Of a stretch of 64,000 bases of DNA, positions 1 to 13,126 are shown piece after piece. Under the pieces are notes generated by a model. It saw nothing but the letters and a program-made list of their open reading frames with translations, was not told the origin of the DNA and did not search any database. The DNA is from Emiliania huxleyi CCMP1516 (lineage: Eukaryota): the NCBI RefSeq assembly GCF_000372725.1, contig NW_005201851.1, positions 123,953-187,952 on the forward strand, given 5' to 3'. The stretch's first letter is position 1. Every line of letters begins with the position of its first letter. Made by a program: the position numbers and the translations under genes.

Positions 1-2620
1 GGGGAGATGCGGGGAGGTGCGGGGAAATGCGGGGAGGTGCGGGGAGATGCGGGGAGGTGCGGGGAGGTGCGGGGAGATCGCACCTCGCCCGCCTCGGGGG
101 GCGGCCTGTCCACGACGGACGGGTCGGTCTGCAGCCGCTCGGGCAGGTCGGTGGCTCGGATCTTCTCGTCAACGTCCGTCAGCATGGCCTGCGAGATATG
201 GGGGAGATGTGAGATATGGGGGAGATGGGGGGGAGGTGGGGGAGATCTGTGTCAGCATGGCCTGCGTGTGTTGTGTTGATATGAGAGATGGCGGAGAGAT
301 GGGGGAGAGATGGGGGAGATGTGGGGGAGATCTGTGTCAGCATGGCCTGCGAGATATGGGGGAGATATGAGAGATGGGGGAGAGATGGGGGAGATGTGGG
401 GGAGATCTGTGTCAGCATCGCCTGCGTGTGTTGTGTGAATATGAGAGATGTGGGAGAGATGGGGGAGATATGGGGGAGATGTGGGGAGATGTGGGGAGAT
501 CTGTGTCAGCGTCGCCTGCTTGAGCGTCTCCGGCTCGGCCAGCTGCGCCAGCCTCTCCTTGAGCCTGCCCTTGCCGCCGCCGCGCCGCGCCCGCTCCGCC
601 GCGCGCGCGCGCGCCTCCGCCCTGCGCACGCGCCGCTCCTCCTTGTCGGCCTGCTCCTCCTCGGTTAGGTCGAGGAAGTCGCCGTCCTAAGTCATTCACA
701 CCTGATCATTCTACAGGGAGCCGTTGAGTCGCATGCGTCGAGGAAGGCGCCGTCCTCTTCCGACGTCTCCTCGAGCAGCTCCGCCTCCGCCTCCACGCCG
801 GCCCCCTCCTCGCCCCCCCCCTCCTCGCCCTCCTCGACCGCACCGCCGGTGTACTCGAGCAGCTCGCGCAGCTCCGCGTCCGTGCCGAAGATGGCCTCGC
901 TCTCCTCCACCTGCTCCTCTCAACGGTCATAGTAATCATTAATTGTTCATGTGAATGGTAATGCCTCGCTCTCCTCCACCTGCTCCTCTCAACGTTCATA
1001 GTAATCATTAATTGTTCATGTGAATGGTAATGCCTCGCTCTCCCCCGCCTGCTCCGCGCGCTCGGCCGAGACGCCATCCTCGCGCCGCCGCCGGTGGAGC
1101 GCCTACTCCCATACCTCCACCCTACCCGAACCCAGCGGAGGGTTCGGGTACCGTGGGCGGTGCGGTGCGACCGCCTTGCCATGCGCGTCGACGATGAAGC
1201 CGTCGTCGTCGTCCTCGTCGCGCACCTCCTCCTCCCGCCCCCCCTCGCTGCCCTCGCCGCCGCCCTCCGCGCCGCCGCCGCCCTCGTCGTCGTCGTCGCC
1301 GCCAAAGAGCCGCGCCTGGCGCGGGGAGAGCGAGGCGAGGTCAGGGAGGGAGGGAGGGAGGGAGGGAGGGAGAGAGAGAGCGAGCGAGGGAGGGAGAGGA
1401 GGGAGGGAGGGAGGGGAGGGAGGGAGGGAGGGAGGGGAGGGAGGGAGGGCGGGCGGGCGGGCGGGCGGGCGGGCGGGAGGACAGGGCGAGAACCATGGGG
1501 GTAAGGGGGCAAGGGGAGGCGGCAGCGCTGTCTCGGAAGCGTCTCGGAAGTGTCTCGGAAGTGTCTCGGGAGTGTCTCGGAAGTGTCTCGGAAGTGTCTC
1601 GGAAGTGTCTCGGAAGTGTCTCGGGAGTGTCTCGGAAGTGTCTCGGAAGTGTCTCGGAAGTGTCTCGGAAGTGTCTCGGAAAGTTCGCCTGGATCTCGTC
1701 GGCGGTGTCTCCGACGACGGCGGCGGCGGAGGAGGCGGCGGGCTGGGGGCCTACAGTAGTTCACATTCTAGTAATAAAAAGAACAATTCCTTTACGGCGG
1801 CGGAGGAGGCGGCGGGCTGCGGACCCTTCTTGAGGCGCCCTCCGGCCGCGGTCTTCTTCGGCCGCGCGATCCCCGTGTTCTCCTGGCGAGCCGAGGGGAG
1901 AGGGGCCGGTGGGAGGGGCCGGGGGGGGGGGGGGGGGGGAAGGCTTCTTTGCCCCCCGCTGCACAGGCGCAACCCAAATGGCCAAAGGTGGGGGAAAAAG
2001 GGGAACCGGGGAAGGGGGCCGCAGGGAGGGAGTGGTGGGGCCGCCACCAAAGCGGCCTCCAAAAAGGCGGCCCGGACCGGGGGAGGCCCGGGCCAAGAAA
2101 ATGGTGGAATCCCTGCTCTGCTCTCCTCAATCAACCCCTCGTCGTCGGAATCCAACTCCACGGCCTTCCTCCCCTTGCGCGGGCCGATCTCGTCGTCCTC
2201 CTCCCTGCCCCTGTCGTCCCTGTCCTCGTCCTCGTCCTCCGTCATCACCGCCTCCTCGTCCTCCCAGTCCTTCTCTCCCTCCGCCGCCGCGCCCGACGCC
2301 GCGGGCTCGCTCGCGCCCGCGCCGCCGCCGCCGCCGTCGCCGCGCTGCGCGCCGCCGTCGCTGCTGCCGCCTGCCGCCGCCGCATTGGCAGCCGCGCCCT
2401 CAGGATCCCAGTCGTCGTCGTCGCCTGCGGCGCCGCCGCCGTCTCCGCCCCCGCCAGCCCCGCTCGAGGATGCCGCGGCCGAGGAGGCTGCGGCGCCGCC
2501 GCCGGCTGCAGCCGGCACAGGGCTCGGAGCCTGTGGAGCGGCGGGCCCGGCCTCGTCGTCCTCCTCGTCGGAGTCCACCACGACTCGCTTCATGCGCTTC
2601 CGCGCCGGCTCATCGCTCAT
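1..2620 (-). CDS. SPT6: Transcription elongation factor SPT6, 5' portion, multi-exon, continues beyond window start
   Basis: Acidic N-terminus from ATG 2620 (MSDEPARKRM...LDSDDEGLIEE), then DGFIVD and EESEAIFG. Exon 84-188 reads AMLTDVDEKIRATDLPERLQ, matching the conserved Spt6 LTDxDxEIRxTDLPERxQ motif. Region ~1770-2110 looks error-rich. Confidence 0.85.
190..510. repeat. GGGGAGAT-type 10-11 bp intronic satellite with interspersed copies of the exon junction
   Basis: Runs of gggggagat/ggggagatgt with repeated ctgtgtcagcatggcctgcg; a similar tract lies at 1-80. Confidence 0.85.
1529..1680. repeat. 11-bp satellite (GTGTCTCGGAA)n in an SPT6 intron
   Basis: Direct tandem copies visible. Confidence 0.9.
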
Positions 2621-3285
2621 CGTCAGGGGCGATGGAGCGACTCGGGAAGCGGAGCCAGCGCAGCAGCGGTCACGTTTTTTTTTATCAGGCTTGGCCCTCT
2701 CTCGCATCTCTTCACCTTCTCATTGGTTGAGTATAGGTACGAGAGGGGTGCGGCATCTCTTGCGGGTCTCGCCAGGGGCGCCTACCAACCTCGCTTGCGA
2801 GGGGCGTGTGGCATGTCTGAACGGACTCGTGAGGGGCGCCTGCCTACCTCGCTTCGTCGAAGCGGCGCTTTGTACCCACACCCACCCCGCCGCATTCGTC
2901 GCCGGCGCGCGACACGTTCCTGTCGGCCGGACTGTCCTCGCCGAGTGCGTGCCGTTGAGGCGGGACGCACTCAGGGACAGTGCCGGCGGGACGCGGCTCG
3001 AGAGGCGGCTCCCGCGGAGGCACGGCTGGCACCCGTGGCGCGGGGCTCGTCTTCGGAAAGACCAGGATCGCTCTACTGGCAAACTTCTGGCTGACACGCG
3101 CGCCCGGTCGAGCCTTCGGCGGGCGCGCTGCGGTCGCACGCCTACCCAAGTCATATGCCACGGCGTGCGATCTAGATTCAGCACACGCGCCTCTGCTCGC
3201 AACCACTCATCCAATGAACTGTCGTCACCCATGAGTGCGAGATAGGGCTGGCGGCTGGCCGCTAGCCTGTGAGGAGGGCGTCCAT

Positions 3286-3780
3286 AGACACCTCACAAGA
3301 CCCCACACACGGTCTCGTCCGTGCCTTGCGGCCGGCGACGAGATTGCTAGAGGCGGAGCAAGCCTGCTCTAGTCTCACACGTTCGCCCCTGTCGCCTGTC
3401 TGTGTTGTTGTGCTGTTGTTTGTCTCTTGGCACCTTGGAGTGCTGGGGGGGGCGACAGGGGGGACGTGGCCTGAGTGATGTGTACGCCCACTCAGGATGT
3501 GTGGCAGCCCGCTGGCTGTGTGTCTCGTGAGCTTGTTTGTGTCTGTGTGTCGCTCGTGCGTGTCGTCATCATCTGTCTTGCGTCCACCCATACCGCGTTG
3601 GTGTCCAGTCCGAGCCTGACTGTTCTTCACCTTCCTACATACATGCGTTGGTCCAGAGACACCTCACATGACCCCACACACGGTCTAGTCCGGCCTCGCG
3701 GTCGGCGGAGATTGCTAGAGGAGGAGCAAGCCTGCTCTAGCCTCGCACGTTGCTTCCTGTCGTCTGTTGTTTGTTGTTGC
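3286..3780 (+). mobile_element. Dispersed retroposon-like repeat, family A: 3' end with (TACA)n tail, followed by a partial tandem copy
   Basis: Near-identical inverted copies at 7258-7512 and 62402-62688 and a 44-bp 3' tip at 14950-14993. This copy and the tip end ttcttcaccttcc-tacatacat. Confidence 0.75.
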
Positions 3781-3986
3781 CGTGACGACGCCCATTTGCC
3801 ATTTGAAGATTGAACCGCGTTTTTCCCCGATTTTTTTGGCTGTCTCCCGAGGCACCGGTGCGCCGGCAACACAGCCAAATGCGCGAGGCGCGTGGACGCT
3901 CCTGGGCCGCGTTTGAACGGTGTGAAAACAACTCCCCACGCTTTATTACGCCAAAACAATGTCGAAAACTCCAGCTTCTCTATACC

Positions 3987-4895
3987 CTACGAAGTAGACT
4001 CAGCGTGTGGGCGTGACAAATCGCCCGCACTGCCATTGCTCAGCTGTTTGCATCCTGCGGAAAACGGTCCAATGGAGGGGCGGTGCCCTCGCAGGAGCTT
4101 TGCGTTGATGGCATACGTGCTGCCCCGAAAGCAGTTGCTCACCATGACGCTCGCGCGCGTGAACACAAAGAAGTCGACCAGCGCCTTTGTGTACCCGTGG
4201 CTGTGGCCTGCGGTGGCGGGGCGCCCTGTGTGCACCGGCAGGCCTCGCGATTGCACCACCAACGGGATGGCCTCGCGAATCTGCGCGTCCATTAGCTCGT
4301 TGTCGCTCGCCTCGAAGATTTGGGCATCATCGCCAGACTGGCGGGCGAGCTGCAGCGCGCAGTGCGCCATGTGTCGCGCGCCTCCCGCGCAGCCCTTATG
4401 ATCGCGGCTCGTCTCGTTGACAACCTCCGGCGCGAATCGCGCGTGCATGTGGCTGTCTGTCGTGCGCATGTGCAGCGCCACAGTCCTACTTTTGCGGCGC
4501 AGGATGCTGGCCACCTCCCTCTCGACCTCCGCACCTGGTTGCACGAGGGCAGAGGCGAGGCAGTGCCTGGCGACCGCAAGCTGCGGTGAGACACGGAGCG
4601 TGGTCGCATGCTGATCTGCTTGACTTGGCACTTCCTCGAGCTCAACAACGCTGGCATTGTGCGACGCCCCAAGGAGCGGCCGATGGGCCCGTTGCGCCCG
4701 GACAACGTCACCGTACGCCACCCTCGGGACACGAGTCGGCGCGGGCGCGCCGCCCCAGTAGACAAGTGCATCTAGCTGGTGCGATGGCCTCATGAAGCTG
4801 GCCACCGAGGAATAATTGGTGCTAACCCATAGCCTGCGGTTAGTCGTCACGGCGACCGCGGCGGCTCGCAACAGAGCGTTGAGGTTGTTTCCCAA
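3987..4895 (-). CDS. Fucosyltransferase-like (GT-B, NodZ/FUT8/GT23-like) protein; 5' end unclear
   Basis: Motifs GLGNNL, VALHMRTTD, IFEASDN and ALVDFFVFTRA...STY occur in the order typical of these fucosyltransferases. The upstream frame is interrupted by a stop (intron or frameshift). Confidence 0.55.
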   Translation of the reverse strand: MGNNLNALLRAAAVAVTTNRRLWVSTNYSSVASFMRPSHQLDALVYWGGAPAPTRVPRVAYGDVVRAQRAHRPLLGASHNASVVELEEVPSQADQHATTLRVSPQLAVARHCLASALVQPGAEVEREVASILRRKSRTVALHMRTTDSHMHARFAPEVVNETSRDHKGCAGGARHMAHCALQLARQSGDDAQIFEASDNELMDAQIREAIPLVVQSRGLPVHTGRPATAGHSHGYTKALVDFFVFTRASVMVSNCFRGSTYAINAKLLRGHRPSIGPFSAGCKQLSNGSAGDLSRPHAESTS

Positions 4896-7257
4896 GCCGC
4901 GCTCAGCAGGGGGTTGCGATCCATGGCCTGCAGTGATCCTGCGAACCCGTACAGCAGCCAGCCGCTATGTGGCTGAACGCGCTCCACGAGCAGCCGGAGG
5001 TGCCGCGTGCAATGAATCTTCTTCGCCATGTTGGGGCCAATGAACAAAGATGAGGTTTAAACAAAAGCCGATCGCACGAACAGAGACCGTTTCAGAGCAG
5101 CCCTCACACGCTCGACTAGGTCCAGCCCTGGGTGGCGCAGGTTGTGACATTTGGCGATTCCGCGACTTACTGGGCCCCTGAGCCGCTACCCGTGTGCGAT
5201 TTTTTGTGGCCCGGGCATGATACTGATAGTAAACGGGTCAGAACCGGCCAAACACAGGCTACAGCCCCACACACGCGCCCGCCATAGCTCCTGGAGAGCA
5301 TGCGCGAGTGACGCGCTACAAGCCGCGAGAGTGGCATCAGAGGCAGGAACGACGTGCTCTTGCTGCACCTCGCAGCTGCACCGAGTGTGCTCGCAGTGTA
5401 TGCCACGGCCACCGCCTGCGGCATTGCTCTCGTGCAGCTAGGCGACGCAGGTCCATCAGCAGGGCTCATCCAATGCGAGCGCACATTGTGCGTAGCCGCA
5501 GGCAGGTGGCAGTGCACGGCCGCACACCGGCTGTGGCGGCTCGTATGCCCCCGGCAGTGCTGCTAGTCATTAACTTGCGTATTAGGGCCGCAGCAGACTG
5601 CTGCTGTGGCAGCAGCAGCAGCAGCCTGCTGCCTGATTCAGTCAAGCCAGCGGCGCAGCGAGGCGTGCAGAATTTGCGTGGTTTTGTTCCTCCTGAGGCT
5701 GAGCGCATTCGAGCCCTTCGACCGGAGTTGGATGGTACCACGCGTCTCACTGAGACGCGGGGTACTGGCCATGGCCGGACTACGGAGCGTGAGGTGGCGA
5801 GCGGAGCGAGCGACAAAACAACGAGAAAAACACGGATCTGACGATTGTCACAGAACGTCAGATCTTGCGCCACCCAGGGCTGGACCCAGTCGCTCGCTGT
5901 CCGCACGCTCGCGCCCTGGGCCGCCGACGACCCGGTCGGGCGGGCTGAGCGGCCGCCGTGCACCATCAGGCAGGCGCGCGACCACCCACAGCACACCGCA
6001 GCCCGCCGCGCAGCCCTGCCAGCCAGCCTGCAATCTACCAATCTTCGCGCATGTGGGCCACGATGAATAAAGATGAAAAGCAAGAAAAAAGAAAACGTGC
6101 GATTCGAGTCGAAGGTGCGGTTCGCCATAGCGAGGCGTTTACCGCTCCTGCACTTGTCACGCAGGGGGGGGGGGGGGGGGCAGTGACTGGTACGTATGAC
6201 GAGACGCACTCTTTACTGGTACGTGTGGGTGACTCTTTTAATTTGATATGATTACAACTGAGTTGGTGACGAGAGAGGTGTTCATCCGATCTGTCGGACT
6301 TACGCACTCTTTACTGGTACGCCTTTGACATTACACACATACATTGCATTCAGCCATCAAGGCATCAACCAGTAACTCGCCGCCTGTACACAATCGCGCG
6401 AGGCACGAAGCGCCAAGCCGCATCGGTTAATTGCTCCTCCTGGCTCCGTGTCCTCCGACTGCTCTGCGCGTGTCGTCAGCAGCGCGCGCGAGCATGCACA
6501 TGTTGCCAGTGAGAGAGTGGCGGCGATTTGACCTCGGCTGTGAGGACCTCTGTTCTCGTGAGGACCTCTGCTGAGAGGACCTCTGCTGTGAGGACCTCTC
6601 ATCTCGCTGGAGTACGCCTAGGCGCGGCCATGACCCCTGACCCCCGTGCCGCTGCGCCATCTCGGGCTTCTGCTTTCCACCATCTCGCTGCCTGCGTCTC
6701 GCGCTGCCTCCCTCCAGCGTGCCGCTGGCGATCAGAGGAAGCTCAATAAGAGAAGGTGAAAGCAGGGTGAAAGTCAGTGTAAGGTGGTGCAAGTCGCTCT
6801 GCGCTCTCAGCATCTATTCTTTTTCTCGTTTTTGTTGGTGAAAGAAAGAAAGAAAACACACATCAAGGGGTCGAGTACCTGATCGCACCACTCGTCTACT
6901 TTCTTTATGTTTGTTGTAAAATTCTTTATGTGTTTGTTTGAAATGGGATTTCGGTTTTTGACGGAGGCGCCTAGAGCAACTTGGAAAGGGCACCAACCAC
7001 GAGACACCTTTTTGAGATAGTGTGTGTCGATGCCACACTGCTCTGACACTCGCCGCGCTCCCTCGATCATTCCTTAGCCGGTTGGTGGAGGCGGTGGACC
7101 TCTGCCGTGAGAGGACCTCCTGCTGTGAGGACCTCCGTCTGCCTGCTGAGGACCTCTGATCATGAATAGAAAGGGTCCCCTAACTCTCTCGCTGGCGCTC
7201 CCTGAACGCGTCCTGTGCTTCTTGATCGCGTCGGCGAAAAATTTTCGGCGAAATGCA

Positions 7258-7512
7258 TCAGGCTCGGACTGGACACCAACGCGGTATGGGTGGACGCGAG
7301 ACAGATGATGACGACACGCACGAACGACACACAGACACAAACAAGCTCACAAGACACACAGCCAGCTGGCTGCCACACACCCTGAGTTGGCGTATACATA
7401 ACTCAGGGCCACATTCTTCCTGTCGCCCCCCCCAGCACTCCAAGGTGCCAAGAGAAACAAACAAGGGCACAACAAACAACAGACGACAGGAAGCAACGTG
7501 CGAGGCTAGAGC
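7258..7512 (-). mobile_element. Family A repeat copy
   Basis: Reverse complement of ~3365-3620. Confidence 0.75.
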
Positions 7513-7589
7513 AGTGAGAGAGGCTTGTATCATAAGAATTCTTTTTGTCTGAGGAAGCTCGTCCAGCTTCGCTTGCCATCGCCCAAGCG

Positions 7590-9534
7590 ATGGCCTCGCT
7601 CCCCCGCATCGAGCGCACCCCAAGCACAGACACAGCCGACGAGCCCGCTCACAGCAGTGCGGAGCAAGCGTACGCCGCCCTCACCGCGGAACTGCAAAAA
7701 TCTGGCTTCGACGGTGTCGCTCTCTCCTTCTCCTCGCCACGCCCTTTGCTCCCTCCCCTCTCACTCTCGTCGCCGCTGCCTCAGTCGTCGCGCCGCTGCG
7801 AGCCGGCTGGTACAACGACTACATCCGCGAGCTCGGCCTCTCGACCGACTCGACGGCCTACCTGCAGGCGCCTCCCTCCCTCGCAGCCTGCGGATCGGCT
7901 GTGCCACTCCTCCCGCGTCTCTTCCCGCCGCGCCACAGCACTGGCCTCCCTCGGGCGTCTGCAGAGCCCACCACCGTCGCGCAGCGATTGCACAGGCGTC
8001 CGGCGAGCGGCACGCCTCGGGCGAGGAGGCGCCCTTTGCGCTCGCGCCGCTGCCCGACTTTGGGCGGTCGGGCGACGCGCTGGCGATACTCGTCGGCAAC
8101 TCGCGCGCCATGTGGCCGGCGTTCCTGCGCTGGCTCAAGGCGCAGAAGGACCCGGACGCCCTCTCCGACCCCGTCGACACCTTTGCAGCGGAGGCCATTT
8201 GCGGCGCTGTCGGCCGCTTCGCCGCCGCGTCCGCCGCAGCAGCCGGCCGAAAGGCGGCGGTGGCGCACGACAGCTTTTGGGCGTCCGACATGACGCCCAC
8301 GCGGCTGGTCGACATGAACCGCGCCGCGCGCGTCGCCGGAGTCTGCTACTTTAGCGACGCCATGTTCCTCAGCGTGCACCCGACGTTCGGCGCGTGGGTC
8401 GCGTTTCGCGCTGTCGTCGTGCTCGACCTGCCGGCAAGAGACACTGCCTAGACACTCCCTAGACACTTCCTAGACACTTCCTAGACGCTCCCTGGGCACT
8501 TTCTAGACACTTTCTAGACCTAGTCACTTCCTAGACACTTCCTAGACACTTCCTAGACACTTCCTAGACGCTTCCTAGACGCTTCCTAGACGCTTCCTAG
8601 ACGCTCCCTGGGCACTTTCTAGACACTTTCTAGACCTAGTCACTTCCTAGACACTTCCTAGACACTTCCTAGACACTTCCTAGACACTTCCTAGACACTT
8701 CCTAGACACCTCCTAGACACTTCCTAGACTCTTCCTAGACACTTCCTAGACACTTCGTAGACACTTCCTAGACACTTCCTAGACACTTCCTAGACACTTC
8801 CTAGACACTTCCTAGACACTTCCTAGACACTTCGTAGACACTTCCTAGACACTTCCTAGACACTTCCTAGACACTTCCTAGACACTTCCTAGACACTTCC
8901 TAGACACTTCCTAGACACTCCCTAGACACTCCCTAGACACTCCCTAGACACGTCCTAGACACTTCCTAGACACTCCCTAGACACGTCCTAGACACTCTTC
9001 GTGCTCGACTTGCCGGCGAGATGAACCTAGTCTGCCCGGGATCACCAGGCATCTCTCTCCTGCGGTGTTCCGAGAGAGTCCGAGATCGACCGAGATTTGG
9101 ACCGAGATTGACCGAGATTGGCCCGAGATTGACCGAGATTGGCCCGGGAGCAGGCGTCGCACCTGCGAGGCCCTCCCGCGCCGCTGCCTCCGCTGCTGAG
9201 TGACGACGAGGCGGCGGCAGCCAAGGCTGCGTTTGACGAGGCGCTGCGCTGCGTCGACATCACATTTGCTCGGAACTAGCAACGGTGCATGACACCGCGG
9301 TCCGGCTGTGACCAGGCGCTGCGTGCCTCGGCCGCGGAGGAGCTGCGTGTGGACGGCATGCCGCGGCACCTGGCGCACAAGTGGGCGGCGATGCGCGACT
9401 GCGTGCGCCGGGGGCGCGAGCACCGCTACGGCGCGCGGCAGAGCGAGTACCACTACACCAAGGACCGGTCTCTGCTCGCGGCGGAGCTGGCCAGGCTGGA
9501 GGCGGAGGAGGGGAAGCAGCGAAGCGGGCGGTGA
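7590..9534 (+). CDS. MMACHC: MMACHC/CblC-like cobalamin-processing protein, multi-exon
   Basis: Exon translations GWYND, LVGNSRAMW...DPVD, LSVHPTFGAWVAFRAVVV and HRYGARQSEYHY match CblC-family motifs (HPxFGxWxAxR; RYSxxQxxY). Confidence 0.75.
8440..8995. repeat. 11-bp satellite (TAGACACTTCC)n, intronic
   Basis: About 50 tandem copies. The same unit occurs at 20323-20458 (reverse) and within the 46-bp units at 42711-43025. Confidence 0.95.
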
Positions 9535-9550
9535 GGGTAAGGCACGCTCT

Positions 9551-11640
9551 AAATAAATAAATAAAAACGGACACCTCTCTACTCGTACTGTGAGATGGGT
9601 AAAAAGGAACAGGCCCCCGCCCTTGCGATCTCCTTTGTGCAGGGTTCTTTGTGGGTGTGGTCGGAGACTAGCCGGGGTCGTCCTCCCGATGGGGGACTAG
9701 CACTAGCCGTCTTCCACATGGTCCCTCGGGTCCCTGCTGCTCCTAATCTCTTCGTACATCCTCCTGCTGATCTCCGCAAAGTCCTGCTCCCTCCCTCGTC
9801 TCGCCCTGCGCGCGTCTGCTCCGCCTCACCGTCTTCTGCCCTGCGTCGTCTGGCGACGGGTCCCCTCCATAAAGGGTGTGGACCGTGAGTTTGAGGAAAT
9901 CGAGGGACGCGACCCACTTCGCCACAGACGGTCCCGCGCCTCGCCGCTACGTGGCCCAGTATGACAGGGACACACCCCGCACCGTCCGCTGTGTCCCCGT
10001 CTTTGTCCGGAGTGAAAAGTCCAACGCGCTCGTCGGTGACGGTGGCCCTCAACCTGCGCCGCGCTCGGCGAACCTCGACAGCGCCTTCGGCGGCATGCAT
10101 CTCTCTGCGCCTGAAGCCTGGAGAGCAGCTCCTCTGCTGCGCACACGCTCTGCACAGATGGCACAGCCTACTGTGCGGCTGCCACAGCTGTGACAGCGAT
10201 GAGCTCGCCCTCACTGGCCCTCAGTCACTTGTGCTGCGGCTTGTGTGAGCGACACTGCTCGGCGACTGCCAGCACACTGTGAGACCATGGGTGGGAGGTA
10301 AAACCACGCTACCAGCGCTTGGTCACATCGGCCCCGAGGTCAGGTCCTTCTACTCTGTTGATGACAACACTTGTCTACTCGCTGGAGCCGAGCAGGAGGG
10401 CCCGGCGCACAACCCCTGGTCAACTCACGGTCCACACCCCGTATTCGGTCGAGGTCGCCGCCCTCCTCGTGCCTCTTCACGCTTTGCAGAAGTGGTGAAC
10501 TTTAAAAAAGCATCATGTGATGCTTCTTGGGGGGGCTTGTCTGAAAAGCTCGCACATCCCTGCGGTGTCCGGTGAGCGCTGTGGTCGCCGCAGACTGGCT
10601 CCGACTTGACGGCGGTTCCTTGACGAGGCACAGGGCTTTGAGGTCGGCGTCGAGCTGCTGCAACCGAGGGTGTTCGACGCCCCACGAGAATGCGGTGAAG
10701 TAGTTAAGGAGGCACTTGGAGCCACGTTCGCTGTCGGTGATGATGCGCACAAAGTCGTAGTCGACGTGGTTAGGGCCTCCAGCTCGGGTGACGTTGCAGC
10801 TGCGAACGAACCTGGCAAAGATCTCTGGCTTGATCTTGTACTTGCCCGCCTCATATCCGGGTTCGTCGCGCATCGCATGTTCGGGTGGTGCCTTGGCCTG
10901 CGGAGTTTTGTTGATGAATTCGTCGACGACCTTTCGGCTCCGGCCGTCCGCAGGTTTGAGCGAGTTGAAGCAGTTCCATGCCTTCTTCCACTCGCGTCGG
11001 TTCGCCCAGTAGAATGCGGACCTGGTCTGTTCCTCCAGCGTCTGCGTCCGTCGCCTTGTGCAGCTTCCGTTCTCGCACAAGAGGGTCAGTCACATTCTTT
11101 GCCTTATACAGCGCGTACGGCGCAGTTATCCTTCCTTTGCTATCGAATTTAGTGATCTCGTGCCATCCCTTCTTTCTGTATTGCAATAGAACCATCGCCA
11201 TGCAGAGATTAGCGTCGCGTCGAGCGTACCGTCCGTGCTCAGCTGGTTCGCCCGTACTCGCGACCGATCCTCCGTCGTCATATTCTTGAGCAGATCCTCA
11301 GCTCCATGCTTCTTCCTCTTATATGCCGTGTCCTTCAGAGGGTACATGCGCGTATAATTGCCGTTTGACGTGTTGAAGAGCGCGTCCAGCGTCTTCTCGT
11401 ACGTGACGGGGCACGTAACAAAACACTCTCCGACATTCGTGTCCAGCCATCCTATCACGCTACCTAGCAGGACGCTCTTCACCTGCGAAACCTGGTTCGA
11501 AGTAACCGCGTCTTCGCATGGTACACACGTCTCGTGCTCTCGTCCGTCGATCCGCAAGTGTCTCCGCGAGTATGGCTCTACAACTCTCTTCTTCCAGTCG
11601 CGATCTCTCCCCGCTTCTCGTGAAACACGCATGTCTCGCG
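9551..11640 (-). mobile_element. Degenerate, internally deleted CRE-like non-LTR retrotransposon with (TTTA)n-tailed 3' end
   Basis: ORF 10502-11080 (KTPQ...FVRSCNVTRAGGPNHVDYDFVR...KALCLVK, frameshifting to PVCGDHSAHR) resembles the region preceding RT in RLE-type elements. 9551-9770 is repeated inverted at ~59860-60080 and parts recur at 15860-15972. Confidence 0.5.
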
Positions 11641-11986
11641 GGGAGGCTTCTCCGAGTGCCTTATCCCATGCAAAACACGCATGTCTCTCTCGGTTGGGAT
11701 GGGCACGTTTTTATTGCTCCGACGTAGCACTTCTCCGGGGCCCGCATCCGGCGCCAGGCACGCGCCACATAGTAAGAGCCGTAGAGAGGGATATGCGGCG
11801 TTTCGGGCGACAAACAGCGCTGCGACCGCGAAGTGGCGGTGGACTTAGACTACTACCCAACCAGTTCTCGGGACAGAGACACAATACACTCAGTTGGATC
11901 GCAGTCTTGCGCTGCCTCACATTGGGCTGATGGTGATTGCGACGTCGAACATCGATGCGGTGCTCCTTACAACCGTGCGACGCACC

Positions 11987-13075
11987 TCACCCAAGCCCGC
12001 TCCTCAGACCAGTTCGAGAAGGCTGCGCAAGCTGCGGGTCGACCGACGCCTGCGCTGCCCGCACCACCCGCGTGCGCTGCCGCTTCGCATTGACGCGCTT
12101 CTGGCGCCACAGTGTGCTGCTGCTATGCGCATTGCAGTGCGCCAGCGTGTCGCTGCCCCGCCAGTGGCGGCACTCGGACACGGGCGCGTCGCAGATGAGG
12201 CAATAGCAGTTGGGGCAAACCGCCTCGTTGCCATCGATTGGCGCCGCGACCAGCCTCTCGGCCGCATGGAAGGGGTGAAGCGGGCAGAGCGCCCGCTGGT
12301 GCGGCAAATGCTCGGGCAGCAGGCCTGTGCGGTGCAAGCAAGGGAGTGGGTAAGTGAGGATCATCTCACGTTGACTATTGACTAGTTCCGAAGCGCCTGA
12401 TGCGGCAGAGATCTGCACGTCGCCGCCTTCCAGCAACGGAGCGGCAGCGGCGGAGCTTTGAGGCGGCGGCGCCACCTCCTCCACCCCATCGTCATCGTCG
12501 CTCATCGCCCCCCCCTCCTCCTCCTCCGCCTCCGCCTCCTCCTCCTCCACCTCCACTTCCACCTCATCGTCCTCTCCCTCCCCCGCCGCCTCGCGTTGAA
12601 CGCTCGCGTCGGGCGCAGAGGGCGAGGCGTCGCTCGAGGATGACAGTGCGTCGCCGCCGCTGCCGCCGCCGCTGCTGCCGCCGCCGCCGCCTCCGCCACC
12701 AGCTCGCCTCGCACTCTGCCCCGCGTCTGTCGCTCCTCGCGCCCGCTTCTTCCTGACGGCACGCCCGCCCGCCGCCGCCGGCTCCGCCTCCCTCACCGCC
12801 CTCGCATACGCCACCGCCGCCTCCACCGCCGTGGCACAGCTGCCGAGGCTGACACTCCTCCCATTCACCATGTGCCGTGCCTCGAATCGGCCAGAGGATG
12901 AGTCCTCGCGCACGCCCCTGTAGCCGGTGGCGTTGCTGCTCGATAGGTGCAAGCGCAAGCCCTCCGCCTCCTCCTCGAGGACCTGCACGTGCCGCGGCGC
13001 CACGGCCTCCGCTGACGAAGGTTGAGCTGGAGGCTGGTACTCGCCGCCGCCGCCGCCGCCGCCGTGACTGGCCGA

Positions 13076-13126
<51 letters not shown>

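Noticed and set aside
687..754. Non-canonical GA-AG intron in SPT6
   Set aside because: An in-phase GC donor (GAC|GCATGC) a few codons downstream explains the junction; needs RNA data
1770..2110. SPT6 pseudogenisation
   Set aside because: Homopolymer-rich, garbled stretch more consistent with low-quality draft sequence or an intron
1020..3245. 741-aa plus-strand ORF
   Set aside because: Antisense shadow of SPT6 exons and intronic satellites
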